This document shows, one piece after another, positions 1-11,545 of a DNA stretch of 36,485 bases. The stretch covers positions 1-36,485 of the forward strand of contig NKIB01015337.1 of NCBI GenBank assembly GCA_002256025.1, read 5' to 3'. This DNA is from Asterionella formosa (Eukaryota). Position numbers and translations under genes: made by a program. Within the stretch, counting starts at the first letter, position 1; each line of letters begins with the position of its first letter. The notes beneath the pieces were generated by a model. It was not told the DNA's origin. It saw only the letters and a program-made list of their open reading frames with translations, and ran no database searches.

Positions 1-270
1 ACTCGAAGAGAGTCTTAGAATGACTTTGCAGGAAGCAAAGATGCATGGAAAGGAAACAGTTAGATTAGCTCATAATTTAATTTGAGTTTTAGATTATCAA
101 CCGAGGAAACAGTGTGTTAATTGACAGGAAGGTCAATTAGTCTATCTAGCAGGAAGGCTAGAAGCAGAGACAAGAGAGAAAGTAAGTGGTACTAGGTAGT
201 ACTCCGATCACGTAAGAGTCTACGTGAAGAGATACCCAACCCGCGGGAAGGAGTACGGACCATTTCAACA
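1..270 (+). repeat. 3' end of a probable copia-type LTR, truncated by the window edge
   Basis: Ends in TCAACA (265-270), like the LTR at 27765-28288. Shares similarly ordered patches with that LTR's 3' end (ACTAG.TAGTACT, CGT..AAG, AGAGAT/GGAGAT). No primer-binding site recognised after it, so it is likely a 3' or solo LTR. Confidence 0.45.
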
Positions 271-2210
271 TAGTTCATTTCAACCTCAACCAAAAGTTTG
301 GAATGTAGATGAAATGAATAGCTAACAATAAGTAGTGTCAGTGCTACTTGTTCTGTTGAAAATTGCTGACAACATTCAACAATGGCATGATTCTTCGGTA
401 CTACTAGCTAGGACCTGGAGAAGGGGATTTATGCAAGCTACAGAGAACCAAATTCAAAAAACCAACTATGATTCTCGAGATAAGTTGGTGCAGAGAAAAC
501 ACAAAACAAAAAAACTTGACGGGAAAGCACGGGAATATTTGCATAAAAAGGGAGTCGAACAAGTTTGTAATTGAGTCAAAGTATCTTCTTTATTTTGTTC
601 TCATCCTAGTACATACTACCAGGTAGTAGGGCAGTATATAATAATAAAGTTCTGTTGTACAATTCTTCTGACACATAGTGTATTCGAAAGCACAATGACG
701 TCGTGCCCACATTTAATTATAATAAAATTAATTCTATGGGAAGAATATTATTATTCTTGTAAATATACAGGGAATGGCTTACCGGTATTGGTTTAGCACC
801 GTTGTGTTTGATCTGAGGTTCGATTTCCGCAATTTTTTGAGAAGCAATTGTTTGTTTTGACTCCCACACTTCTTCTTACCATAATCCTCCTGCACGGTCT
901 TGCCTGCTGGTGCACAAGAAAAAATAGTGGCTTGCCCCCCTACAAGCAGCTTGTGCCGCCTTCCTAGGCGGTCGTAGTTTCCACTAACGGTGGGGCTAAG
1001 ACAATCACCTTTCACGAAAGGTGGTTCGGGACTCACCTACGCTAACAAATCTATGGAAGTACAGGTCCTGTTTGGTAGGTAGCACAATGAAATACTTGCT
1101 TAGAAATAGGGGAGTACGAATGAGCTATAAGACATACTATCTTGATTCCTGTATATATACACATATAGAAAAGGCGATGCCACCAGCTCAATGGAGTAAA
1201 TGTGAAAATATCCATTTTTTGCAATTTCGCGTCAACAGCAACCTTTGGACCATAATAAGTACTCAAGTTATTAACAACTTAAACAATGCAACAATACAAG
1301 TACTCAAGTATTTACCCGCTAAAAAATCTGAACAACTCTTTCGTGACAATAATTAATGTGTCTTGCAAAATTAGTTCGAACTGTGCGTTGATTCCGTTTA
1401 CCAGTGGTTTAGAGTTCAAAAGTCGTCATAGCGGTGGCTTACAGTTTTTAGGTGGTACCAATGCAACTCTTGATCAATACACAGGTCTGTACTTGGAGTT
1501 TATCATGGCCTGTAGAGAGTGCATTCAAACTAAGCAATAGGTATAGTAGGAGCATCTTCACCACATTGACCAAAATCCCAGACAATTGAAGTTTAGGGTC
1601 ATAACACGTCATGATGCATCACATTCTTGGACAAAAAAATATTTTAGTCACAGCATCAGCCAAGAACAAATTTGTTTTCGTAAACTATGAGCCACTTATC
1701 AACCTAAAATCTGGTATTTGGTTAAAATAAGCATATATACTCGTCCGCCCAGATTATGGCTCATGCTGGCAACATAGGAGCTAACATTGATGGTTTAATT
1801 AGTGCACACATAATTACAATACAAATTTCATACTTTATTCATGTTGACCACCAATACAATCATCACTACGTCAGTTTGTAATTTATCCTTATTTTCAATC
1901 CACAAGTGATTGATCAAATCATTTTACAATTGGCAGTGCTCACCTTCATTCGAATTTTTTGAATCTAGGAAAGCACCAGTATGCTACTTCAGCATTGGAA
2001 CATTTTCACAAGTGTACCTGAGACAGTACTGGCACCAGGTAATGGGAGTCTACTCGTCTACCCAGTTATTCACTTCAATTATAAAAGTAGGTATGAAATA
2101 TGATTATTCTATAACCATCGTAGTCATTTATTTTTGTTTCAAATAGACACTGAATTACGTACTTAAAGGAGCCAAGTATACACAACGTGCCAACACAACA
2201 TGGAAATGAT

Positions 2211-5200
2211 CTAGTCCAAATCACCAGCAAAATCAATGTCTGTTCCTCCTCCTTTTACTTCCCACGATTGTTCTTCGCCCGATACAAAAGATTGCTCTTC
2301 CTCGATGGGAACATTTGTCTTGTCTTCGACATGCGCAGCACTGGGGATTTTGTTGGTCTTCATCCTTGCCTTCGCCATCTGCAAAATCAATGCGCGCCGA
2401 GAAGAACGGTCTCCAGTAGAAGTATCCGTCCACACTGATGAACCAGACACCGCTGAGGCGATTTCAGATCCCAGTGACTCTTCGTCGATCCTAGGGGATA
2501 CTACATCACTGTTTGGGTCGTCTGGTATAGCTTCAATAACCATCGGTGCAGTTGGTCGAACAGCTGCCAACCGCTTATCTCTATTTTTCTTCAGTAACTC
2601 CTTTGCAGATCGCATGGCTGACGATTTCAGGTTATTTCCGCTTTTTCCGGATACTTCGCTACGAGGGGACCTGTCATGGTAATGTATCGCAGTCTTGGTC
2701 ACAGGGACAAAGTCATCTTGGGATGAACCTGTTGCTTCCGTGTACACTGGTGAGTTATAGTATTGGCCTTCGCGGGGCGAATAGCCTGGATCGCTTGATT
2801 CCGTCTTATCGGGTGAGACATAAAATTGTCGGTCTTGCGGTGGTGGCGGATATCCATGCCCTGGTGGATAATCTTCGGGTCCATATTGACCTGGCATGTA
2901 TCTTGGAAATCCATCAGCTACATATTCTTCTCTTACAAATTTCTCAGGAGGAAATTCACCGTTATTGTACTCATCATTTCTAGGAGGAGGAGGAGGGTAT
3001 TGAGCACGATGCAGAGCCTCTGGGGAGTCGTAATACTCGTCCTCGCCTGGATAGTAGTTTTCTCCGTCTTGATAGTAACCATCATTAGGCGGATGGCGTT
3101 GATGTCGGTACCCACCTTCTGAAGTTTGCAAAGGCTGCATTTCAGGTGAGGAATAGGCCAATCGGGTCAGTGATCCATCGGGTCCATATGATTCTTGAAA
3201 TGATTCGTCATCTGGTGCTTCTCGTAAGGAGAGACTCGGTGGCTCGTCTACTGGAGGGTCCATCTTGCTTCCTGTCAGGCTACCGGTATAACTGTCAACG
3301 TGGTGTGATTGAGTCCTTCGCCCTGGAGGCGACAACCGAATCGCTCCAGATCCAGATTTGGATGGCGATGCTTCTTGAAATTTCATCGTTTTCGAAGCCA
3401 TCTGCTCATCAATCCTGTGAAAGAAGGACGGAAGGAAAAACATGAGAAAAAAGTGAAACATGTCGCGATACACGAAAAAAAAGAAACTCACGGAGCACTG
3501 CTGTCAACAAACGCGCCCTCCTCCTCTACTTCACGTTGGGAGACACTGCCACTCGTAAGTGATTGCGGTCCAGAGGTGTACGATTGAGGTACTCCCGAGT
3601 ACGATGAAGGTGGCCCTCTCGAATAAGGTTGACGCCCTCCCTTATACCAATCCGGCCCTTCTGTATACACTGGAGGTTCACCGGTGTATGGCTGCGTTGC
3701 TTCATTCGTTTCAGGCGAAACAGGATCATAGTAGCCGTACCTGACAAGTGGTCCAGTCACCCCGCCGGGCGGTAGTTGTGGAATCGGTGCAAATTGTGAT
3801 GGCGGGTATGGAGCTTCTTGGGTTGGCATTCCTTCGAATGGAATGGGACCTGATCCAATTTGAGTCGGCCCTTGGTCCCAATCTTCCTCGTAATATCCAG
3901 TGACGTCGCCGTCTGTCCCCACTGGCAGGTGTGATGGATTTAAGCTGACATCACCCTTTGGTCCAGGTTGCTGTAGCGGCGGATCTAAACCCATTGCTAT
4001 CATCTCTTCGGGAGACATGATAGCTTGATTTGATTCATTGGTAGGAGAGATCACACCAAATGTCAATTCGTATTGTCGTGCAATGACAAATGCATCCTCG
4101 CGAGCTTCCAAAAAGTGAGGTGGGAGAACCTTGTGCCAAGCCTCTGGTTGCAAAATATAGGGAGGCCTTCATAACTATCATGTTAGTATTACTAAAGCAG
4201 CAAGTAAGAGGGAAGACACACACATAAACTTACAATGCTCGACATGGGCCCAAATGATAAAGTTTCAGGTCCTCGAAATCACGTTCAGTCAAGTCATACA
4301 CACTTTCAACTTCTTCAACTTCCCTGCAACTCGTAAACCCAATTTCTTCGCCATCTTCTCCTTGAAGTTTATAAAGCTCCTCAGGAGTCAAACTTGGACT
4401 CAAAAATGCCAACATGTAGATTGGGTTACCATCGAAGTCAGCTTGGTAATATACATCTTCTTCTGTGTTAATTGGACCACCAGAAAAGAAGCAAAATTTA
4501 TCAACCAACGTCCACTGCTCAGGATCTTCAATCAATTCAGTTGGGGCAGCATCGCATTGAGTAGGAAAGTCGGTTTCAAGCAGAACAAGAGTGTCTCGAG
4601 ATAATGGTTCCACGTCAATTGGGCGGATCATGCCAACCGCAGCAGCAAGCAAGAAATGATAGCCTCCATTTGGGTGGTTGCGTAGTTTTGAGTCTACAGG
4701 AAAGGAGAAACTGTGAGATGTTTATTAATACCCAAACACAAAGTTAACAAGCCATTCTAACTAGTTCACTTACGGAAAAATGGAACACCATCAGGGATAG
4801 GTTTGCTGGAAAAATGGCAATATTTTGATATACGCCTCCAACCAGATGATAGCAAAAGTTCATCTGGAAGTCGTGAAAATTGGTTTGGGTAAGTTTGTTC
4901 GACTCGCCGCAAATCCTCATCACAAATGGTCGGGCATCCCTTCAACTTCATTGCAGATGCTAACATCAACACAATGTTTCCGGTAAGTGTTAGACCTTCA
5001 TAATGTTGCGTATTCTTGCCTATGCCGGCCTTGGTGAAATAACACCTCTTGGCAAACGAGCTTGCCATTGGCTTGTTCAATTGACCTGGGCCAACATCCG
5101 ACGTGATATCTGTAACAACGGCTGCGGCAAGTTCCTTCTCTTTCGCCTTTTTTCTTTGCAACAAAGACGCCTCATCTTCCGACTCTACATAGGACTGACT

Positions 5201-5641
5201 GTCGTCGCTTCTTTCTTTTTTGCTTGAAGCACGCTTGGAATCCTTAGTCTTACTTGCCTTCTTTGCCGCTTCGTTGTCGATGTCAGACTGGCTCATTATA
5301 GATTCTGATTCGCTCTCCGCCTGTTTCTTTCCTCGCCTTCGGCGTCGATCAAATTCGTCGAGAGTATCACTGTCGGAAACAGTCCGTGAATCGTCCTCAG
5401 ATACATCTTCCGAGTAACCAAAGCTGGTGGAACGTCCGGATCGCAACTTGTCGTCATCAAAAACATTTCCACACAACGAATCGAAAAACTGGGTCGCTGG
5501 ATGATCGTCGTCGAGTTTCCTGACCGATGTGTTCACAAAGGTATGCATATCTCCAACCATTTTCTTGGCCCTTTCCGATGCTGTTTCAGGACTCTTGCTC
5601 CGTCGGCTTTTGCTGCTTGTCTTTGATGGAGAGTTGCCCAT
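2211..5641 (-). CDS. Uncharacterised 1068-aa protein, 4 exons: complement(join(2211..3414,3492..4166,4234..4693,4774..5641)); putative N-myristoylation
   Basis: Four ORF-track pieces join in frame through GT-AG introns of 80, 67 and 77 nt (donors GTAAGT, GTAAGT, GTGAGT; TACTAAC branch site at 4182-4188). Spliced length is 3207 nt. The N-terminus MGNSPS fits MGxxxS. A globular-looking core (KRCYFTKAG...WHKVLPPHFL) is flanked by low-complexity S/D/P/Y-rich regions. Confidence 0.85.
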
Positions 5642-6482
5642 CCTGAATGAGTGGGTCCGAGGTGAATCTCCTCAGCACAAGCGAGCAACGTGTGGAGAAT
5701 CTTCCAGAGGCTTTGAGCAAATAGACTACCTAAACTTATATGCAATGCTGAATCCCTGTCACAATGCTTGTGATTCGTCAGCAGTGTTATTTAAATGTGC
5801 AAAGCTATACTTTGACTTTTTCGATTCTCACGCCTGCAGCACTTCCTGGGCTAGCGCTGACGAAGGAAGCACCCGGGAACAGACTTCAAATCTTCGTTTG
5901 AATGGAGCACTCACAGTAGCTTCTTGTTCACACGAACCAAGTGTTCAGCGACGACACACTCTTGGCCACTGTTGGGTGAGCAAATGCTTTTTGTTGCCAG
6001 GATCAAATGACGAGAAGGACTATTCGGATGACCAAAACAAATGCTGTGTGTTGATATTTGGTAAATCAAGAGTTTCTTTGAGGGAGTTCGGCGTCCACGG
6101 CTGGACAACCCACAAGACTGCCGAAAAGTCTTCTATTTGTTTTGCCTGGTTCATCACGCGGCGCTTTGGGCAAGTACGCGGGAAGACGACGCTGGCGTTG
6201 CATTCGAATTTAATAGCTATATTGGGGATATACATGATTGAATAGTTTCAATATATTATTGTTTGTACAACGGAAAAGAATGTCAAGCGCAGCGAAAGTA
6301 CTCATTATCTCTTTTCTGCCTTTCGCTTGATACCTCACGAAAAGAATACTATTTTTAAGAAAAATATTATATGTAGATAAGTATGAGTGTAATCTTACGA
6401 TTCTATATGCAAAATAGTTATATGTACCCCACAACATCGACACCAACGGTCCGCTTGGCTACTCGTGCCCCCCCCCCCCTCT

Positions 6483-8034
6483 TTATTGGATGACGTCCAC
6501 AAGAAAGTCAAAAATATCGGTTCGTTGAATAGCTTCACGAATGTCCTCCTTTTGCAGTGTGCGCCGTTTGTGATGCTGCGAAAAATTCCAAGACCTCAGC
6601 GTCAGTTCAAGAATAAAGAGCTCGCAGGCCTTAGCAAAGAGAACAGGAGCTTCGGCAGAAATCATGCGGACATCTTCATCTGATTTCATTATTCGCTTGA
6701 TTCTAGCCAGAGGCAAGTCGTTGTGATTCTTAAAGTCTTGTTCTGTGCTGGGAGGAAGGATTTGCACATGCTGAAACTGTTCGGTCCAAAAGCCACTGAG
6801 GGCCTCATTTAGTTTGGCAATGAATTGAGGTGATGTCGCCGAAACAACAGGTTCGGTGTTGGGATCGGGTGGTGTGGCAACAACTAGTGCACCGCTGGAA
6901 CTAGTAGGGTTGGGTACTGCGGGAACTTTGACACCGGCATATTCCGCCGCAGCGTTTTGCTTGCGAAATGTTTTGTGAAGTTCTTGAATTTGCTGTTTGT
7001 GAGCGTTATCGAGGGCGGCATTCTCGCCTTTCTTTTGATGTTCAGGAATGGAAGGGGTGGTATGACGTTGCTTCATGGCTTCCTTTTCACGTTCCTGGCG
7101 AGCCGCGAGAGTCTGCTGTTGTTGAATTTGGGTAGGCGTCAAATTCGTCAACAACTGAGTTGTGGCGGCCGAAGGGGCAGATTTGGCTGGCGCTGACGCA
7201 TCCTTTTTGCCTGGGATATCACCCTTGTAGATTCCGGCGGCAATCTGAGCCTGTGTGTGGGCATGTACCAAGGCTTGAGCCTGCAGTTGAATCTGTGTCT
7301 GGATCTGTTGGGGGGTACTGGCCGCTGCAAATGACGCTAGTTGAGCTCCTTTGGTCTCCTTAGACAATTCAGCCATCTTTTTCCACTTACTCTTTCTTGC
7401 ATGAACAATTGCTTGTGCTTGGATCTGACTGAGAGCAGCAATCTGAGCGGCATTCATGGGAACCTTGTTGATGCGAGTAGTCCAAGGTTAGGATGGCAAC
7501 AAATATTGGAAAAAAATAAAGTTGGGCAACATGACTTACCAATCCATCTCCTCGCGTCTTGGCAGCAGCAACAACGGCCTGAGCTTGGGCAGCTGCTTGG
7601 ACCATCGCCTGTGCCTGAGCCTGTGCTCGAGGGAAATTCGTTGGGATAAGTAAACAAATTTTCACGGACCATTGCAGGTGTAATTAGAAGTAAAAGGACC
7701 CCACGGACGGACGTACCTGGATTTGTGCAGGAGTAATATTAGCTTGCTGACCACGAGCAGCCGCTGCTTGGAGCTGCGCTTGTAACTGTGCTTGTAGCTG
7801 TTGTTGAATCTGCTGTTGAAGAGCTTGTTGTTGGGTCTTCTTCGCCGCAGGAGCTATAGTTGCGGCCACAGTCGTAGCAGGTCGCTTCTTGGCGCTGGTG
7901 GCGTCCTCGGCACTGGCATCCTCAGTTGCTGGTGCTACAGCAGCTGCTGCAGGCACAACCGCTACTTCTACTAGAGGATTAGCAACAGCGGCAGCAGCAG
8001 CTCCATTGGCAACTGGCGTTTCCGCAGAGTCCAT
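6483..8034 (-). CDS. NFYC: Nuclear transcription factor Y subunit C (HAP5/CBF-C histone fold), about 459 aa, 3 exons: complement(join(6483..7463,7540..7620,7717..8034))
   Basis: C-terminal LPLARIKRIMKSDEDVRMISAEAPVLFAKACELFILELTLRSW...RRTLQKEDI...DIFDFLVD is the NF-YC histone fold. Two phase-0 introns (donors GTACGT, GTAAGT) join a Q/A-rich N-terminus. The exact exon 2 acceptor is uncertain because several CAGs are in frame. Confidence 0.93.
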
Positions 8035-8795
8035 GATTGTGTACCGTTTTGGCGCCCAAGTCAATTGAAATACAGAGCCCGTCAAACGTCGGTTTGATAG
8101 GTATGCTTATTGAGTGACAAGTGTAAGACGATGAAGCGTTGTGAGCTCCAACTGCCTCCATTTGGATGCATTCAAAACAAGGCAGCCAGCCAGCCGGTGT
8201 ATGACGTGATCGCTGTGAATGATGGCTGCCTGATGGTTGCTTGTCGGACAAACAGAAGAACGTCTGTCCTACCTCCGACTTTGTAACAGCCAGACAAGCG
8301 TGCAAAATTTAGAACTACCACTATGATCGCCCAACGGATGAGCGACGCACAGCCAGGAAAGGTGCAACGCACCAGTCACGAATTTTGGCTTCCCCGACCA
8401 AATATTTGGGACACTTTCAGTGGTTTGCGTTAGGGATAACTGTACAAAATTGTCGACCCTCCATCATATCAAAGTGTTCGCGGGAGTATTCGTTAGGTGA
8501 AGGGCATTTGTATTGATGACTTTCTTTTGGGCAACGGCACGAACATCATGATATAAGGGTACTCCATACAGCCAAAAAAATCATATCCTCTATAAAAATA
8601 TATATATGATATACATAATATACGGTAAATGCAAGAAACAGCTAAAGCGGTAAGAATGAGGTAAACGACTCACCCCACGAGCGAAGTACCAGTATACGTA
8701 TTTTTGTACAGTACTACAAAAGCTGGTTTTCTCATTTTTTCTCGATTGATGAATTTCTAAAATTCACAATTACAATCGAACAGAGGCGAGGGATC

Positions 8796-10856
8796 ATGTT
8801 GGCTACCTTTGACACAGCAATCAAGTACACGGAACGCAAGGAGCATCGTCATCAGCTCATGATGGAAATGCAGAAAAGATCTGAACTTTCCAACTACCTT
8901 CCAAGCGACGGTGAAGTGGCATTTAACAATGCAGAATCTCAATCGCAACTCACTGACCACCAACAGCAACAAGTACAGAGCAGTTTGTGTGCACCATCGT
9001 CAAGGCGAGGATCGCTAGCTGCCATAGCAAATGCTCGTAAGCTGATCACTGAGGTACAGGACGATGACGATGCAACATTCGTTTTCACCGACAGGGAAGG
9101 AAACTACCACCCTGGATTGTTCAGGGCACGTCCATATCAAGAAGACTACGGCAGTGACTCGAATCATCAAGTGAACCTTCACGATATTAACCTTTCCATT
9201 GGTGCCGCGGATAATCGGGATCAACCTAGGCATGGGGGGTTGCACTCTCGCGCCCTTATTGCTTTCCATTATATTCCCCAACGTAAACGATTGCCTATTC
9301 TGGCTGCTATTTGTATGGTTATAGTTCTTATTGGAATCTCTGTCGGAATTCACAAAAACAACAACAACTCGACAGATCAAAATACTCCAGTTGACCTTTC
9401 AAGCCCAGCCTATACCAGCGGCGGCATCCATGCCCTTATCAGTACGCTCTTGGTTAATTTGAACGTCTTGGACATGACGAAATTAAACGACAATGAAAGC
9501 GCTCAGTCCCGTGCTATTGATTTTCTCGCACAGACGCCCACTGGGTTTACATTGGACAGTGAACTAGTCAATGTGATCAGTGAGTGGACGAGTCACCCAG
9601 TCATCCGACCTTTTGTGGAAGCCTACGTCCTAGCTGTCTTCTTCTTCTCGACAAGTGGTGCCGATTGGAAATACAATGATGGATGGACGGATCCAAGCCA
9701 GTCGCATTGCAACTACGAAGGAATTACCTGTTCAATGGTTGACGTTGGCGCAATATCCACTCCTACTGGTATTACATCAAAATCCGGTGCAGGTACGGAT
9801 ATAGACAATGAATCAACTTCCGCTACAGCTGCTTTGGTCCAGGTCGTAACTAACGTTACACTGAATGCGAACAACCTTGAGGGAATGCTTCCGACAGAGA
9901 TAGGCATTCTATTTGATGTACTTACCCTTGACCTGAGTACGAACCGACTTGTCGGCTCTATTCCGTCTACTCTTTTCTCCCTTCTGGCACTTGATTCACT
10001 CTATCTGCAAGAAAATGAGTTGACAGGCTCGATTCCTGAGATTTTGCCAGATAAATTGGGTGTATTGGTGTCTCTATCCTTGTACCACAACTTTTTAGAT
10101 GGTACTATCCCAAGTAGCATTGGCCTTCTCGGCAACTTAGAGGTTTTACTTTTGAACAACAATCGTTTTTCCGGTGAACTCCCAACTACACTTGGGACAT
10201 TATCCAACTTGAACTTCTTGCGCGTTGCTGACAATCATTTGGTCGGTCATATCCCTAGTGCACTGAGCACTCTTGCGAATTTGTGGATCTTAGACCTTGG
10301 TCAAAACGATTTGACGGGTTCGATTCCATCATCTCTTACGCAACTTACGTGGTTGGTGGAACTCCACTTGTACAAGAACAGGCTGACTGGTACTATCCCC
10401 GAAGGTATCGACAGCTGGAAATATATGACCGTCTTTGCAGTGGACCTAAATCAGCTCAATGGATCAATTCCCACGTCTCTCTGGCAATTGACCGACCTTC
10501 ATGATGTCCAACTCAGTCGCAACAAATTCACAGGAAGTTTACCCGAGTCGATTGGGGATTTGACAGAATTGATATACTTCGAAGCAAGCAAAAATACTCT
10601 GCATGGATCGCTTCCTGAATCAATTGGTAATCTGGCCAATCTCAAGTCGCTCCACGTTGACGAAAACTTATTTACTGGCGCCTTGCCTGCATCCATTTCC
10701 AAGCTGTCGTCCCTTCTGTCTTTGGAGTTTTACTCAAACTTTATAACTGGAACCATTCCATCTGCTGTGTGCTCACTACGAACAGAGAACTTGGCTTCCC
10801 TCACAGCGGATTGTAACGACGAGGTAGCTTGCAGTTGTTGCACATCTTGCTTTTAG
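8796..10856 (+). CDS. Type II membrane leucine-rich-repeat receptor-like protein (686 aa, no kinase domain)
   Basis: Single hydrophobic helix LPILAAICMVIVLIGISVGI after basic QRKR. N-cap W...HCNYEGITC. Thirteen plant-type 24-aa LRRs (LxLxxNxLxGxIP). Cys-rich C-cap ADC...CSCCTSCF. Intronless. Confidence 0.92.
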   Translation: MLATFDTAIKYTERKEHRHQLMMEMQKRSELSNYLPSDGEVAFNNAESQSQLTDHQQQQVQSSLCAPSSRRGSLAAIANARKLITEVQDDDDATFVFTDREGNYHPGLFRARPYQEDYGSDSNHQVNLHDINLSIGAADNRDQPRHGGLHSRALIAFHYIPQRKRLPILAAICMVIVLIGISVGIHKNNNNSTDQNTPVDLSSPAYTSGGIHALISTLLVNLNVLDMTKLNDNESAQSRAIDFLAQTPTGFTLDSELVNVISEWTSHPVIRPFVEAYVLAVFFFSTSGADWKYNDGWTDPSQSHCNYEGITCSMVDVGAISTPTGITSKSGAGTDIDNESTSATAALVQVVTNVTLNANNLEGMLPTEIGILFDVLTLDLSTNRLVGSIPSTLFSLLALDSLYLQENELTGSIPEILPDKLGVLVSLSLYHNFLDGTIPSSIGLLGNLEVLLLNNNRFSGELPTTLGTLSNLNFLRVADNHLVGHIPSALSTLANLWILDLGQNDLTGSIPSSLTQLTWLVELHLYKNRLTGTIPEGIDSWKYMTVFAVDLNQLNGSIPTSLWQLTDLHDVQLSRNKFTGSLPESIGDLTELIYFEASKNTLHGSLPESIGNLANLKSLHVDENLFTGALPASISKLSSLLSLEFYSNFITGTIPSAVCSLRTENLASLTADCNDEVACSCCTSCF

Positions 10857-11168
10857 ACTATGAATGCTTTCCTCGAAAATGCATGATTAATACATAAACA
10901 GTACACATATTCGATTTCATTGGCATAGTCTACTTCCGATGTACATAAATACAAACATAGTGGCGAATTTACCTGTTGCATCATCATTATGGATTCCTAT
11001 GTTTTGGGAAAGTAATTGTTTTACGAGCCAATCTCCAAAGGGAAAAATAGCCGCATTCTCGAAGCAGTGCATTTCATCTTTGTAGCTTTTCTTCATTTGC
11101 ATCTCTCCGAAGTAATTCTAGCAAAAGTTTTTTTCTATCGACTTCACTGCACACAAAAGCATCAAGTC

Positions 11169-11340
11169 GTGATCTGTGGAATTTAGATACCGGTATTTAG
11201 CTTAATTTCCCCCGAATATACAGGACCTACCAGTGATAGTACGGTATACAATAAAAAAGCAGAGAGTGATCTGTGGAATGGAAATATTTAGCTAATATTT
11301 CCCCGTTGCTAATTTACAGGACCTCCTACTGGTAATAATG
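11169..11340. repeat. Diverged direct repeat of about 70 bp (copies at about 11169-11240 and 11266-11340)
   Basis: Both copies read GTGATCTGTGGAAT...TATTTAGCT.A..TTTCCCC...TACAGGACCT. Confidence 0.75.
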
Positions 11341-11545
11341 CATACCCTGGTGATATTCATCTTTATCGCTCATGACTCGAATACCAGTACCAGTATCAAC
11401 ATGATTAAAAAATAGCAAAAGGGAACTCATTCACAGTTTCCATATTTCTTGATGAACCACGTTAGCATCACAAAAAGTAGTGGCAATCGCGATCACTTTA
11501 TTTCCAACAACTAAAAGAAATCATAACAAAGAAATCTTCTTGACC

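Noticed and set aside
5529..6245. 238-aa plus-strand ORF
   Set aside because: Non-ATG start, antisense overlap with the first gene's 5' end, and no recognisable motifs.
6468..6479. C12 homopolymer just past the NF-YC stop (also a C run near 31831)
   Set aside because: Simple homopolymer with no supporting evidence of function.
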